A stretch of DNA of 64,000 bases from a bacterium (GCA_965213685.1 CBDBZY010000045.1:24684-88683), one strand, 5' to 3'; numbered from the stretch's first letter, positions 1 through 11,648 are shown. Notes: generated by a model not told the origin, from the sequence alone. A program made the numbers and translations.

Positions 1-1035
1 GTGTATGGTTTCATGGGAGCGGAGAATCTTTCTGTCCAGCGTGGCGAAGGCCATCACGATTTTGAAGATCGAGCCGGGCGGATATTGGCCCCGCGTCGCC
101 CGGTTCTCCAGCGGCCTGAGCGGGTCCCGCGTGAGGTTTTTCCAGGTTTTGGCGTTGATGCCGGCGGCGAACAGGTTCGGGTTGAAGGACGGATTGCTGA
201 CCATCGCCAGGATGGCCCCGTCCGCCGGGTCGAGGATGACGATGCTTCCCTCGTGTTCGGCGAACAACTCCTCCGCTTTTCTCTGGAGCTCCATGTCGAT
301 CGTCAGGTGGACGTCGTTTCCCGGTTTTTCCCGAAACGGACGGACGACGCGCAACTCTCTTCCGTAGGCGTCTATCTCCACTTGCCGGAAGCCGCTCGCA
401 CCGCGCAGGAATTTTTCCTGGGCCCGCTCGATTCCGTATTTGCCGAGCAAATCCCCCCGGCGGTAGTTCTGCTTTTTCAAGCGGTTCAGCTGATGGCCGT
501 TGACCTCGCCGAGATAGCCGAGGAGGTGCCCCGTCCGATCCAGCGCCGGGTATTTCCTGAGCGGCGTCACCTGGATGAATACGCCGGGGAAGTCGGGCTT
601 GTTCTCCTCCAGGAAGGCCATCGTTTTCCGGCTGATGTCCGCTTTGATGAGAAACGGCCGGAAGGGGTTCGCGCGCTGGACTTTCTCGTAGAGCTCCTGA
701 TAGGGCTGTTCCGTGAGTTGCGCCAGCGTCTGAATGGTCGGCCGCAGCTTCTTCGCGTTCTCCTTGGTCATGTAGATGTTGAACGACGCGCGATTGTCCG
801 CCAGGATCTCGCCCCGGGAGTCAAATACCAGTCCCCTGGGGCTTTTCACGAGGCGGTAGGCGATTCGGTTCTCCTCCGAGAGTTTTCGGAATTTTGGGCC
901 TTGCAGCACCTGCAGGCCCCAGAGCCTGGCGAACAGGCCAAGCAGAACGACCCCGAAGCAAACGCCCAGTATGTAAATGTTGCGCTGGAGCGCGTCGTTC
1001 GTCTCGGGTTTTCGGTTGGCTTGCCACTCTTTCAT
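1..1035 (-). CDS. mrdA: Penicillin-binding protein 2 (N-terminal part; runs off the window edge)
   Basis: Manual translation from ATG 1035: MKEWQANRKP...LFARLWGLQVLQG...SEENRIAYRLVKSPRGLVFDSRGEILADNRASFNIY. Lies directly downstream of mreD. Confidence 0.92.
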   Translation of the reverse strand, partial: MKEWQANRKPETNDALQRNIYILGVCFGVVLLGLFARLWGLQVLQGPKFRKLSEENRIAYRLVKSPRGLVFDSRGEILADNRASFNIYMTKENAKKLRPTIQTLAQLTEQPYQELYEKVQRANPFRPFLIKADISRKTMAFLEENKPDFPGVFIQVTPLRKYPALDRTGHLLGYLGEVNGHQLNRLKKQNYRRGDLLGKYGIERAQEKFLRGASGFRQVEIDAYGRELRVVRPFREKPGNDVHLTIDMELQRKAEELFAEHEGSIVILDPADGAILAMVSNPSFNPNLFAAGINAKTWKNLTRDPLRPLENRATRGQYPPGSIFKIVMAFATLDRKILRSHETIH

Positions 1036-1036
1036 C

Positions 1037-1555
1037 TTACGCCCGCTCCGTATAGGGAGCGCCCGTGGAGGACGGCAGGATTTTTCTTTCTATCATGGAG
1101 AGGAGTCCGATGAACACCGGCGCCAGGAGGACGTTCAGCCCCACGGTCCGGATTCCCTCCGTCCAGTATCCCGCCGGCAGGGTTTGGTCGGGCAGAAATA
1201 TTTTCACGAGCGCGGCGGAAAACAATATGTGGATGATCGATGCCAGGAGCGCCAGCGTGCATTGAAACAGGGTGGCGTGCGCCGAGGCGTTGCGTTGGCC
1301 TCCCGCGTAATGGCCGATCAGCCCTTTCAGCAGGGCGTTGAGGCCCAGCAGCCCCCCCGAGAGCACATCCTGAAAAAGCCCCAGGACGAATCCGCCGATG
1401 AGGCCCGTCGCCCGGTCCCGACGCAGTCCCAGGAAGACCGCGGCGAGGAGTATGGCGTCCGGCTTGGCGCCAACCCAGTCCAAGGCGTACATGCCCACTT
1501 GCGTATCAAAGGCGATCGCGGTGATGGCGAGTATGCAGTAGAACAGAACAATCAT
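1037..1555 (-). CDS. mreD: Rod shape-determining protein MreD
   Basis: Hydrophobic 172 aa protein with PD..L and GLFQDVLSGGLLGLNAL motifs, between mreC and mrdA. Confidence 0.9.
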   Translation of the reverse strand: MIVLFYCILAITAIAFDTQVGMYALDWVGAKPDAILLAAVFLGLRRDRATGLIGGFVLGLFQDVLSGGLLGLNALLKGLIGHYAGGQRNASAHATLFQCTLALLASIIHILFSAALVKIFLPDQTLPAGYWTEGIRTVGLNVLLAPVFIGLLSMIERKILPSSTGAPYTERA

Positions 1556-1557
1556 TC

Positions 1558-2391
1558 TCAGGGGTTTTCCTTTGGTTTGGTCATCAGGATCATGACTTCC
1601 TCCAGGCTGGAGAAGTTCACGACCGGCTTCGCCTTGATTTTCGGGAACAGCCCCCTCCTGTCGGAGATGTCGGTGATATGGGCCACGGGAAACCCTTTGG
1701 GGAAAATTCCGCCCAGGCCGGAGGAGACGAGCATGTCCCCCACCTTGATGTCGATTTCTCCGTCCGTCTCCATATAGCGCACCTCGCGCTCTCCCGTGGA
1801 GGAGATGGCGAAGACCCCCTGCGCGCGCGAGGGCTGCGCGATGACGTTGACCGCGCTTCTCGAATCAAGCAGGAGCAACACCTGGCTCACGCTGGACCCC
1901 ACGCGGAAAATTCTTCCCACCAGTCCCGCATGGTGAACGACCGGCATATTCTTGCGCACGCCATCTGCGGCGCCCAGGTCCACTATCAGCGATTTTCCAT
2001 AAATGTTTCTGTCGTGCGCCAGGATGCGGGCGAGGCGAACGGGCGCCGGCATGTTCCTGGAGGCTTGGAGCAATTTCTCCAGGCGCGCGATTTTCGATTT
2101 CATCTCCTGTATCTGCGCGTGGTGCACGCTGAGCGATTGCATCTTCTTCCTCAGTGCGGCGTTTTCTTCCCGGGCGTCCCGGAGTTCCCGGTATTCTCGC
2201 CAGGCGTCGCTCGACCATTTTCCGGGGACGGCGGCGATCCGGACGACCTGCCCCGTAAGGGAGAAAAGAATTCTGTCTATCAAGGTGGAGCGCCCCCGGA
2301 GGCGCACGCTGGACGTCATGAGCGCGAAACAGACGACAAACAGGGCGATGAGAAGGGTGGCGTTGCGGCGTTGGAGCAGGAACTGAACCAT
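1558..2391 (-). CDS. mreC: Rod shape-determining protein MreC
   Basis: N-terminal TM, coiled coil (ENAALR), GLVGRI and SSGLGGIFPKGFPV motifs. Confidence 0.95.
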   Translation of the reverse strand: MVQFLLQRRNATLLIALFVVCFALMTSSVRLRGRSTLIDRILFSLTGQVVRIAAVPGKWSSDAWREYRELRDAREENAALRKKMQSLSVHHAQIQEMKSKIARLEKLLQASRNMPAPVRLARILAHDRNIYGKSLIVDLGAADGVRKNMPVVHHAGLVGRIFRVGSSVSQVLLLLDSRSAVNVIAQPSRAQGVFAISSTGEREVRYMETDGEIDIKVGDMLVSSGLGGIFPKGFPVAHITDISDRRGLFPKIKAKPVVNFSSLEEVMILMTKPKENP

Positions 2392-2470
2392 CGTATTCGG
2401 GATTCGCTTTCAGCGCGAGCGGAAAATGTCATGCCGGAATTGCCGAAGCGCATGAAGAAGAGTGTTTCGG

Positions 2471-3676
<1,206 letters not shown>

Positions 3677-3789
3677 TCAGCCGTCTCCGTTTGCGATGCG
3701 GGGAGAGGTGGGCTATTTTCTGTTGCGTGGTCCGCCGCCATCGCGTTTGCGCGCGATGGGCCATCCATTTGGAAGGAGCCAGGATACGC

Positions 3790-5691
3790 ATGCTTCGCTT
3801 TTTGCGCAACAAGGGAAAGAGCTGGGTTCTGAAGGCGTTGCTGGGGTTTGTCGCGCTCACATTCGTCTCCTTCGGGGGGTTTGCCCTCACGGATGGGCCC
3901 AGTCATTCCGGAGGCGCGCGGGTGGCGGCATGGGTCGATGAGGCTCCCATATCGGTGCGCGAATTCGAGCAGCGCTATTATCAGCAGGCCGAGGCGATCA
4001 GGCGGCAGGTGGGCGACGCCTATAACGAGGAGCTGGCGCGCCGCCTGCGCCTGCGGCCCCGGGTGCTGGACGCCCTCGTTCTGGAGAAGCTGCAGCTGCG
4101 CGAGGCGCGGCGCCTCGGCGTTCAGGTCACCGATGCGGAGGTCGCGCTTCAGATACAGTCGGTTTCCGCCTTCCAGGAAGAGGGAAAATTCAGCCCCGAG
4201 CGCTACCGCGCCGTCCTGGAGTCGAACGGCCTTACCCCCCGCCAGTTCGAGGAGGAACAGAGGCGCGCCGTCTTGCTCGCGCAGCTTCGCGATTACGTGG
4301 GCATGGGGGTGTCGCTCGGCGAGCAGGAGGCACGCGACGCCTATGCGTGGAGAAACGCGGAGGTGAGGTTGGCCGCGATCCGGCTGCGCCCGGAGACGTT
4401 CGCCGGGGAAGTGCCGATCCTCGAAGATGACCTGAAGTCCCATTATGAAAAAAACAAGGAAACCTTCCGGACCGCTCCGCAAAGGAAGGTGTCCTGGTGG
4501 TATCTCCCGGTTTCCTCGGTTGCGCAAGGAATCGAGCTGGGCGATGCGGACTTGCGGGCACACTATGGCCGAACGCGCGCCAGGTATGCGAGAGAGGAGA
4601 GCGTCTCGATCAACCAGATCTTGCTGAAACTTCCTCCCGACGCGAAAAAAGAGGAGGTGGAGGCCAAAAGGAAAAAACTCGAAGCCCTGCGCGAGCGCGT
4701 CGTCAAGGGGGAGAAGTTCACCGAGTTGGCCCAGGCCCACTCCGAGGGTCCGGGGGCGAAGCGGGGGGGCGACCTCGGCACCTTCGGCAGAGGCCAGATG
4801 CTGCCCGAGTTGGAGAGTGCGGCGTATGCCCTCCGAAAGGGAGAGGTGAGCAAACCGGTGAAGACTTCTTTCGGGATGCACCTGTTGTGGGCGAGGGACA
4901 GGGTGCCGCCGGGCCACAAGCCGTTCGACGAGGCGCGGGAAGACGTGGAAAAAGACTTGCGGGGCTTACGGGCCAGGCAGCGGGCCAAGAGCGCGTTGCG
5001 GAAAATCCGCTACGCTGTGGAGGACAACAAGGCGGAGCCCCGCGTCGCCGGCCTGGAGAAGGGGGAAACGGATTTCTTTGAGGAAGGGCGCCTTTCCGCG
5101 CCGCATGTGCGCGCACCCGACCTGGTGAACGCGCTCGCCTTCGGTCTGAGCGGGGAGGAAAAAATCTCCAGGGAGGAGGAGGATGCGAACGGCGTCGCCT
5201 TCGTGCGGCTCGAGGCGAAAAGAGCGCCCTTTGTCCCCGAGTTCCCGGACGTGCGGAAGCGGGTGGAGACCGCGTTTCTGCATGCCAGGGGCGGTGAGAT
5301 CGCCAAGCGAAAGGCTGCGCTCTGGCTTCAGGAGTTGCGGGACAAAAAACGCACCCTCCGGGCCATCGCCGGGGCGCTCAAGTTGCAGGTGCTTGCGCCG
5401 GAGGCGTTCAGGCGCGGGGACGTTCCCGTCGCGCTGGGGTCGTCACGGGACGTCTCCGAGGCGGCATTCGCCCGGAGGAGCGGAGAATTCGGGATGGCCG
5501 AATCCGCCGGCGGGGTGATTCTGTTCGAAGTGCTGGAGGGGCCCGTGGCGGACATGAAACCGTTCGACTCCGAGAAGGAGAACTTCCGGCGAGAGGCGTT
5601 GCGCGTGAAGAGGGCGATGGCCTTCGGCCGGTATTTGGAAAAACTCCGGGAGACGGCCAACGTGCGCTTTGCGGAGGGATTCAGCATGTAG
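3790..5691 (+). CDS. ppiD: SurA N-terminal domain / PpiD-type peptidyl-prolyl isomerase
   Basis: N-terminal TM anchor, SurA_N-like helical region, parvulin motifs (FTELAQAHS, GGDLG, SKPVKTSFGMHL). Confidence 0.85.
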   Translation: MLRFLRNKGKSWVLKALLGFVALTFVSFGGFALTDGPSHSGGARVAAWVDEAPISVREFEQRYYQQAEAIRRQVGDAYNEELARRLRLRPRVLDALVLEKLQLREARRLGVQVTDAEVALQIQSVSAFQEEGKFSPERYRAVLESNGLTPRQFEEEQRRAVLLAQLRDYVGMGVSLGEQEARDAYAWRNAEVRLAAIRLRPETFAGEVPILEDDLKSHYEKNKETFRTAPQRKVSWWYLPVSSVAQGIELGDADLRAHYGRTRARYAREESVSINQILLKLPPDAKKEEVEAKRKKLEALRERVVKGEKFTELAQAHSEGPGAKRGGDLGTFGRGQMLPELESAAYALRKGEVSKPVKTSFGMHLLWARDRVPPGHKPFDEAREDVEKDLRGLRARQRAKSALRKIRYAVEDNKAEPRVAGLEKGETDFFEEGRLSAPHVRAPDLVNALAFGLSGEEKISREEEDANGVAFVRLEAKRAPFVPEFPDVRKRVETAFLHARGGEIAKRKAALWLQELRDKKRTLRAIAGALKLQVLAPEAFRRGDVPVALGSSRDVSEAAFARRSGEFGMAESAGGVILFEVLEGPVADMKPFDSEKENFRREALRVKRAMAFGRYLEKLRETANVRFAEGFSM

Positions 5692-5753
5692 GGGGATTTT
5701 CGGGACTTTCTTCGCCGTTTTTCGCTGCGCGCAGACGCGCGCCTGTTTCGCCG

Positions 5754-6068
5754 TTATCGCCAGAAATCCTCCCGGTCCTCGGGCCTGATCACGTGTTTCT
5801 CCTGCATCCCTTTCTCGAAGAGATCGGCCGCCTCTTTTTTCCTGGCCGCTTGCTGATGCATCAACTCCCGGATGTCGGGAGTCTTCTTCCTGGCCGCCTC
5901 GGCAAACGGGTCCTTGACCTGGTGGCGCAGAATCCGAACCGAATCCCCCTCCACCTCGAACCGGAGCTGGTTGCCGGGCACGGCGCCGATGGATTTCATG
6001 ATCTCCTTCGGGAGGTGGATTCTCCCCCCGTGTCCGATTTCGACGATGTGCGGTTTCTTGCTGTTCAT
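5754..6068 (-). CDS. AbrB/MazE/SpoVT-family DNA-binding protein
   Basis: GRIHLPKEIMKSIGAVPGNQLRFEVEG swapped-hairpin signature. Confidence 0.75.
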   Translation of the reverse strand: MNSKKPHIVEIGHGGRIHLPKEIMKSIGAVPGNQLRFEVEGDSVRILRHQVKDPFAEAARKKTPDIRELMHQQAARKKEAADLFEKGMQEKHVIRPEDREDFWR

Positions 6069-6171
6069 GCGACGCCCCCTCCTTCGCGCGCGGCGCCCTC
6101 GGCGCCTTCGGGGGGCAGACTACCAGCAGACGGGGAAAACAGGAAGCGCCCCTCCTCCGCGCGCGCCAGCG

Positions 6172-8727
6172 CTAGTCCCAGGAGCATAGGTGCGGGCTGA
6201 AGGGGTGGATGAGGTATGGGTGATGCGGCACCGCGCGAACCGACAGGCCATGCGCGCCTGTTTTGCGGCACTCGACCTCGCCATGAAAGCGGTAGGCGCC
6301 GTTCCCCAGATTCTCCGCGAGCCTCATGGGGGAGGCGACTCCGTTGGTCAACTGCTTCTCCTCCTTCATGGCACTCTCGTATATCTCGAGACGCACCTCC
6401 TCGGGCGAGAGCCTCCCGAGAGAGACCTCTGCCTCGACCCGTATTTTGGAGCCCAGCGGAACGACGCTGTTTTGCGGGGTCGAGATGTGGGTGATCTGTA
6501 TCCGGATGCCGGTCCACGCGCCGCGCGTCCGCTCCTTCCATTCGGAGAGGGCCTTCGCGGGCGTTCTCTCGTCCGCCATGAGGCGCGCGTGATGCGCTCC
6601 CAGGGGCATATAAAATTTTTCGGCGTATTCGCGCACCATGCGGGTCGTGTTGAAGTATGGGCAGAGCGATTCCAAGGAACGCTTGACCATCTCCATCCAG
6701 CGGCGGGGAACGCCCGCCTCGTCGCGCTCATAGAAGAGGGGAACCACGGTCTGCTCGAGAATGTTGAACAGGCTCTCGCACTCTATCTCGTCCTGGTAGT
6801 CGAGGTCGCCCTCCGCCTCCACGCTGCCGATGGCCCACCCGAGATGGTCGGCGTACCCCTCCGCCCACCAGCCGTCCAGTATGCTGAGGTTCAGGGCGCC
6901 GTTGGCGGCGGCCTTCATGCCGCTGGTTCCGCTCGCCTCCTGCGGGCGGCGGGGGTTGTTGAGCCATAAATCCACTCCTTGCACGAGTTGCCGCGCAACG
7001 TGGATGTCGTAGTCCTCTATGAATACGAGCTTGTCCCGCACGTTTTCCCTTCGGGCGAAATGGATGATCTCGCGGATAAAATTCTTGCCCTCCATGTCCC
7101 GGGGATGCGCCTTGCCGGCGAATATGATTTGGACGGGTTTTTCCTTGTTCGTGAGGAGCGCAACGAGTCGTTCGGGTTTTTTGAGCAAGAGGATGGCGCG
7201 CTTGTAGGTGGCGAAGCGCCGCGCGAATCCGATCGTCAGCGCCTGGGGGTTGGGGAGCATGGTCGCGTTGGAGCGGCTGACGCTCCCCGGTGGGCGCCTG
7301 GAGGCGTGCTTGCGGCAAAATTCGATGAGGCGCTCGCGGTTTTTCTCCTTCACCCTCCAGATATCCTCCGCCGGGATGGAGGCGGCCCCCTCCCATATCT
7401 CGGGATTGTCCGTCTCGTCCATCCAGCCGCCCCCCAGGTGGCGGGCGAACACTCCCTTCATCTCCGTGGACACCCATGTGGGGAAATGCACCCCGTTCGT
7501 GATGGAGTCGATGGGAATATCCCAGCTGGGGACTTCCGGCCACATGGATTGCCACATCTTCCGAGAGACCTCCCCATGCAGCTTGCTGACGCCGTTTGCC
7601 GCCGAGGAGAGGCGAAGCGCGAGGATGGCCATGTTGAAGGGCTCGCTCTCCTGCTTCGGGTGTACCCGGCCCAGGCCCATGAACTCGTCCCAGCCCATCG
7701 AGAGGGATTCCGCGTAGGAGCGAAAATATTTTTCCATCATGGCGGGCGGGAAGATGTCGATGCCCGCCGGAACGGGCGTGTGCGTCGTGAAGATGTTGCC
7801 GGCGGAGGTCAGCTCCCGGGCGGTGCCGGCGTCGATGCCGAATTTCCGCATCGAGAACCGGATTCTCTCGATCGCCAGGAAGGCGGAGTGCCCCTCGTTC
7901 ATGTGGCACACGACGGGCGGGAGATTCAGCTTGTGGAGGAGCCGGACGCCGCCGATGCCGAGCAATATCTCCTGGCGAATCCGCGTCTCCATGTCCCCGC
8001 CGTAAAGTGCCAGGGTAATTTCGCGCAGCGAGGGCGCGTTTTCCGGAATGTTGGCGTCCAGGAGGTAGATGGAGTTCCGCCCCACCTGGACGCGCCATAT
8101 TTGCGCGGTGAGGAGGCCGTCGGGGTAGTCGATTTCCACCGTGGTGGGCGCGCCGCTCTCGTCGCACTCCAGGTGGATGGGCATGTGGTGAAACTCGTTG
8201 TCCGGGTAATGCTCTTGCTGCCAGCCGTCGGGGCCGATGTGCTGTCGAAAATATCCCTGGCTGTACAAGAGGCCGACGCCGATGAGGGGAAGCCCCAGGT
8301 CGCTTGCGGACTTCATGTGGTCGCCGGCGAGAATGCCCAAGCCGCCCGAGTAGTTGGGGAGGGATTCCGTCAGCCCGAACTCCATGCTGAAATACGCGAT
8401 GCGGAGAGCGGCGTCTTTCTCGCCCTCGGGCAGGTTCTGGTACCAGGTGGGTTTTTCGCAATACGCGCGCAGCTCCTGCCGGACGCCCTTCATCTCGCTG
8501 AGGAAGCGCGGGTCGCCCGCCGCCTCGTTCAGCCGCTCCTGGGAGACGGAGCGCAGCATCTTCACGGGATTTTGATGGCACTCCTCCCATTCCGTTTTGT
8601 CGAGCCGACGGAACAGCGCGCGCGCCCGATGGTTCCAGTCGAAGGCGACGTTGTGGGCGATTTCTTCGATCTCCCCCAGCGCGGGGGGAATGCTGGGCAC
8701 TACCTGAAACGAGAGCACATGGGTCAT
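6172..8727 (-). CDS. glgP: Alpha-glucan (glycogen) phosphorylase
   Basis: AYFSMEFG, YSGGLGILAGD, FARRFATYKR and EASGTSGMK (PLP lysine) motifs. Confidence 0.96.
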   Translation of the reverse strand: MTHVLSFQVVPSIPPALGEIEEIAHNVAFDWNHRARALFRRLDKTEWEECHQNPVKMLRSVSQERLNEAAGDPRFLSEMKGVRQELRAYCEKPTWYQNLPEGEKDAALRIAYFSMEFGLTESLPNYSGGLGILAGDHMKSASDLGLPLIGVGLLYSQGYFRQHIGPDGWQQEHYPDNEFHHMPIHLECDESGAPTTVEIDYPDGLLTAQIWRVQVGRNSIYLLDANIPENAPSLREITLALYGGDMETRIRQEILLGIGGVRLLHKLNLPPVVCHMNEGHSAFLAIERIRFSMRKFGIDAGTARELTSAGNIFTTHTPVPAGIDIFPPAMMEKYFRSYAESLSMGWDEFMGLGRVHPKQESEPFNMAILALRLSSAANGVSKLHGEVSRKMWQSMWPEVPSWDIPIDSITNGVHFPTWVSTEMKGVFARHLGGGWMDETDNPEIWEGAASIPAEDIWRVKEKNRERLIEFCRKHASRRPPGSVSRSNATMLPNPQALTIGFARRFATYKRAILLLKKPERLVALLTNKEKPVQIIFAGKAHPRDMEGKNFIREIIHFARRENVRDKLVFIEDYDIHVARQLVQGVDLWLNNPRRPQEASGTSGMKAAANGALNLSILDGWWAEGYADHLGWAIGSVEAEGDLDYQDEIECESLFNILEQTVVPLFYERDEAGVPRRWMEMVKRSLESLCPYFNTTRMVREYAEKFYMPLGAHHARLMADERTPAKALSEWKERTRGAWTGIRIQITHISTPQNSVVPLGSKIRVEAEVSLGRLSPEEVRLEIYESAMKEEKQLTNGVASPMRLAENLGNGAYRFHGEVECRKTGAHGLSVRAVPHHPYLIHPFSPHLCSWD

Positions 8728-8783
8728 GTCGTATTTCCGATAAGGGTTCGGGTTTTGCGCATGGGGCGGAGGCGCGCGCAGAA

Positions 8784-9194
8784 TCATTCCGCGAGTCCGT
8801 AGGCGCCCTTGTTCCGGAGCGCCACGTTGGGCCCTGGCGGAGCGTATAAAACCATATACTTGAACAGCGCGTCCCCCGTACTGGAGATTTGGTGCGTCTT
8901 GCCCGGAGGCACAAAAACCGCGTCTCCCGGCGCCACGGATATTTTCTCCCCCTCGATGTCCACGATTCCCGTCCCGCTGATGATGTAGAAAGCGTGCTCC
9001 TCGGCGTCGTGCTTGTGGGGGGTGGAGGTGAGTCCCGGGTCGAATTCGTTGATGAGCAGGGCGAACCGCCTGGCGCCCACGCTTTCCTCGTCCAGCAGAA
9101 TCCGGAACATGCTCCTGCCTCCGGGGACGGGCAGCTCCCCGCTCGCAGCTTCGCTCTCCCGCACGCGCAAGGGCTTGCTGGGCGTATCGCTCAT
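8784..9194 (-). CDS. Cupin domain protein
   Basis: [16 protein letters not shown] and [13 protein letters not shown] cupin motifs. Confidence 0.85.
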   Translation of the reverse strand: MSDTPSKPLRVRESEAASGELPVPGGRSMFRILLDEESVGARRFALLINEFDPGLTSTPHKHDAEEHAFYIISGTGIVDIEGEKISVAPGDAVFVPPGKTHQISSTGDALFKYMVLYAPPGPNVALRNKGAYGLAE

Positions 9195-9267
9195 GGACGA
9201 CTCCTTCTGGCAGCGGAGCCCCGGCCGGCCATGGAAAAGCCCCGGGGCCCGCGTGGGCGGGCGTGGG

Positions 9268-10089
9268 TCATGATCGCTCCTCTTCGCGCTGGCGGTACAT
9301 GTGGTGGAGGGGGCCCCGGCCGTTTCCGATGGCCAGGGAGTTCTCGATGGCGCCCTGGATGAAGCGTTTCGCGCGCCTTGCCGCCTCGATGGCCGTCTCT
9401 CCGAGGGCGAGCCCCGCCGCGATGGCCGAGGACAGCGTGCATCCCGTGCCGTGGGTGTGCGGCGTGTCGATGCGTCTGCCCTCCAGGATATACTCGTTCT
9501 TGCCGTCAAAAAAAACGTCCGCCGCCCCCTCGGTGATGTGTCCGCCTTTCAGCAAAACGCATCGCCCCCCCAGCGCGTGGAGGGCCCGGGCGGCGCCTTT
9601 CATGCCCGCAAGGTCCTGTATCTCCGCGCCCCCCAGAATATCCCGCGCCTCCTCCGTGTTCGGGGTGATGACTTCGGCCAGCGGGAAAAGCCTTTCGACG
9701 AGCGCGTCTCTGGCGTCGGGCACCAGAAGGCGGTCTCCGCTTTTGGCGACCATCACCGGATCCAGCACGACGCGCGCGATGGCGTGCGCCTTCACCCGCT
9801 CGGCGACGACCTCGATGATGTCGGCCGTGGCCAGCATGCCGATTTTGGCGCTTGCGACCTCCAGGTCGGAACACACCGAGTCGAACTGCGCCCCCACGAA
9901 ATCAGGCGGCACGCCGTGCACTCCTTGCACGCCCACGGTGTTTTGCGCCGTCAGCGCGGTGACGACCGAGGCGCCGTATACGCCAAGGGCGCCGAAAGTC
10001 TTGAGGTCGGCCTGGATTCCCGCGCCCCCGCCGGAGTCCGACCCCGCGATTGTCAGGGCGATGGGGGGGATCGCCCGAGGCTCTCTCAT
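9268..10089 (-). CDS. thiD: Hydroxymethylpyrimidine/phosphomethylpyrimidine kinase
   Basis: [19 protein letters not shown] and [11 protein letters not shown] motifs. Confidence 0.96.
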   Translation of the reverse strand: MREPRAIPPIALTIAGSDSGGGAGIQADLKTFGALGVYGASVVTALTAQNTVGVQGVHGVPPDFVGAQFDSVCSDLEVASAKIGMLATADIIEVVAERVKAHAIARVVLDPVMVAKSGDRLLVPDARDALVERLFPLAEVITPNTEEARDILGGAEIQDLAGMKGAARALHALGGRCVLLKGGHITEGAADVFFDGKNEYILEGRRIDTPHTHGTGCTLSSAIAAGLALGETAIEAARRAKRFIQGAIENSLAIGNGRGPLHHMYRQREEERS

Positions 10090-10221
10090 GTCCAGCCCTC
10101 ATATCCTCGCCGCATTATAGTAAAATGACGCCGCATGAGAATGTAGCACACGGAGGGTATATCGGGAGTGCGCCAGAAGCGCATCGAGAAGCGGGGAGAT
10201 GGCGAACCCCGTCATGCGGGA

Positions 10222-10254
10222 ATTCTTGACAATTTTATTTGGGAATTATAGTCT
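10222..10254 (+). promoter_or_regulatory. Sigma70 promoter of the cys operon with an overlapping IscR/Rrf2-type operator
   Basis: TTGACA (10226-31), N17, TAGTCT (10249-54). A 25-bp imperfect palindrome ATTCTTGACAATTTTATTTGGGAAT (10222-46) covers the -35. Confidence 0.6.
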
Positions 10255-10313
10255 CCCGTTGGCCGGGTGGGAGCGAGGAAGAAGGGATTCGGAGGAACGG
10301 GAAGGGTATTCTC

Positions 10314-11273
10314 ATGGCATTGGGCGCCCGAGGCCGTCCGCCCCAGATTTTGAGGGCGCTGCCCTCGCTGATTGATCGCATCGGGGGGACGAGCCTGGTT
10401 CAGCTGCAGCGCCTGCCCCGCTCCTCCGGCGCGCGCGTGTTCGCCAAGCTGGAGCAATACAACCCCGGCGGAAGCGTCAAGGATCGCATCGCGCTCAGCA
10501 TGGTGCTGGACGCCGAGCGGCGTGGACTCCTCCAGCCCGGGGGCACTATCGTCGAGCCTACGAGCGGCAACACGGGCATCGGCTTGGCGCTCATCGGCGC
10601 CATTCGCGGCTATCGAACGATCATCGTGCTGAGCAGGAGCATGAGCCACGAGCGGCACTCCCTGCTCAAGGGCTACGGGGCGGAGGTGGTCTTCAGCTCC
10701 TGCGAGGGCGGCATGTACGGCTCGGTGCTGAAGGCGGAGTCCCTTCTGGCGGACAATCCGGATTACTTCATGCCCCAGCAGTTCAACAACCCGGCCAATC
10801 CGGAGATTCACCGCAGGACGACGGCGCGGGAGATTTTGCGGGACATGGGGGCGGAATCGATAGACGCCTTCGTGGCGGGCGTGGGGACGGGAGGCACCAT
10901 CACCGGCGTGGGGGAGGTTTTGAAGCAAAGAAGGCCCGAAACCCGCATCGTCGGGGTGGAGCCGGCGGCTTCTCCCGTCCTCTCCGGCGGGGAGCCGGGC
11001 CCGCACCAGATACAGGGGATCGGCGCCGGCTTCATCCCCGAGGTTTTGAACCGCTCGATCATGGACGAGGTGGTCCAGGTAACCGATGCGGACGCCTACG
11101 ACATGAGCAAGGCACTGAGCCGGGAGGAGGGCATGGCCGCGGGCATTTCGGCCGGCGCGGCCGTTTGCGCGGCCCTGCGCGTGGCCGGGCGGATGGGTCC
11201 GCAGGAGAACGTGGTGGTCGTCATCCCCGATGGATGGGAGAGGTATTATAGTCTGGAGCGGCAGTTTCATTAG
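10314..11273 (+). CDS. cysK: Cysteine synthase A
   Basis: KLEQYNPGGSVKDR, EPTSGNTGIG, GVGTGGT and PHQIQGIGAGFIP motifs. Confidence 0.93.
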   Translation: MALGARGRPPQILRALPSLIDRIGGTSLVQLQRLPRSSGARVFAKLEQYNPGGSVKDRIALSMVLDAERRGLLQPGGTIVEPTSGNTGIGLALIGAIRGYRTIIVLSRSMSHERHSLLKGYGAEVVFSSCEGGMYGSVLKAESLLADNPDYFMPQQFNNPANPEIHRRTTAREILRDMGAESIDAFVAGVGTGGTITGVGEVLKQRRPETRIVGVEPAASPVLSGGEPGPHQIQGIGAGFIPEVLNRSIMDEVVQVTDADAYDMSKALSREEGMAAGISAGAAVCAALRVAGRMGPQENVVVVIPDGWERYYSLERQFH

Positions 11274-11339
11274 AATGAGAGACGCGAAATCGCATTTCGC
11301 CACCCCCCGAAGAGGGATTTTCAAGATCAGGAGGCAGAG

Positions 11340-11648
11340 ATGGCGGTAACGGTTCATATCCCGACACCCTTGCAGGAGTTCACCCAGCAGCAGGACGCCG
11401 TGGAGGTCGAGGGCGAAAACGTCCGGGAAGTGCTCGCAACCCTCGACGAGCGGTTCACGGGCATTCGCCAGCGCCTCTATGACGAGGAGGGCAGGCTGCG
11501 CCGCTTTGTGAACATCTATGTGAACCAGGAGGATATTCGCTTCCTGCAAGGCGAGGGGACGGAGTTGAGCGATGGCGACGAGCTCTCCATCGTGCCGGCC
11601 ATCGCGGGGGGTGCGCATCGCTCGCGTCCGGAATCCGCATCCCTTTGA
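11340..11648 (+). CDS. MoaD/ThiS/CysO-family sulfur carrier protein with an 11-aa extension after the Gly-Gly motif
   Basis: Ubiquitin-like sequence (VHIPTPL, RRFVNIYVN..DIRFL, IVPAIAGG) followed by AHRSRPESASL. Confidence 0.92.
   Translation: MAVTVHIPTPLQEFTQQQDAVEVEGENVREVLATLDERFTGIRQRLYDEEGRLRRFVNIYVNQEDIRFLQGEGTELSDGDELSIVPAIAGGAHRSRPESASL

Noticed and set aside
1-1113. 370-aa plus-strand ORF
   Set aside because: Antisense shadow of mrdA, whose motifs are on the minus strand.
10090-10220. TPP riboswitch upstream of thiD
   Set aside because: No CTGAGA or other TPP-aptamer core visible on the minus strand.
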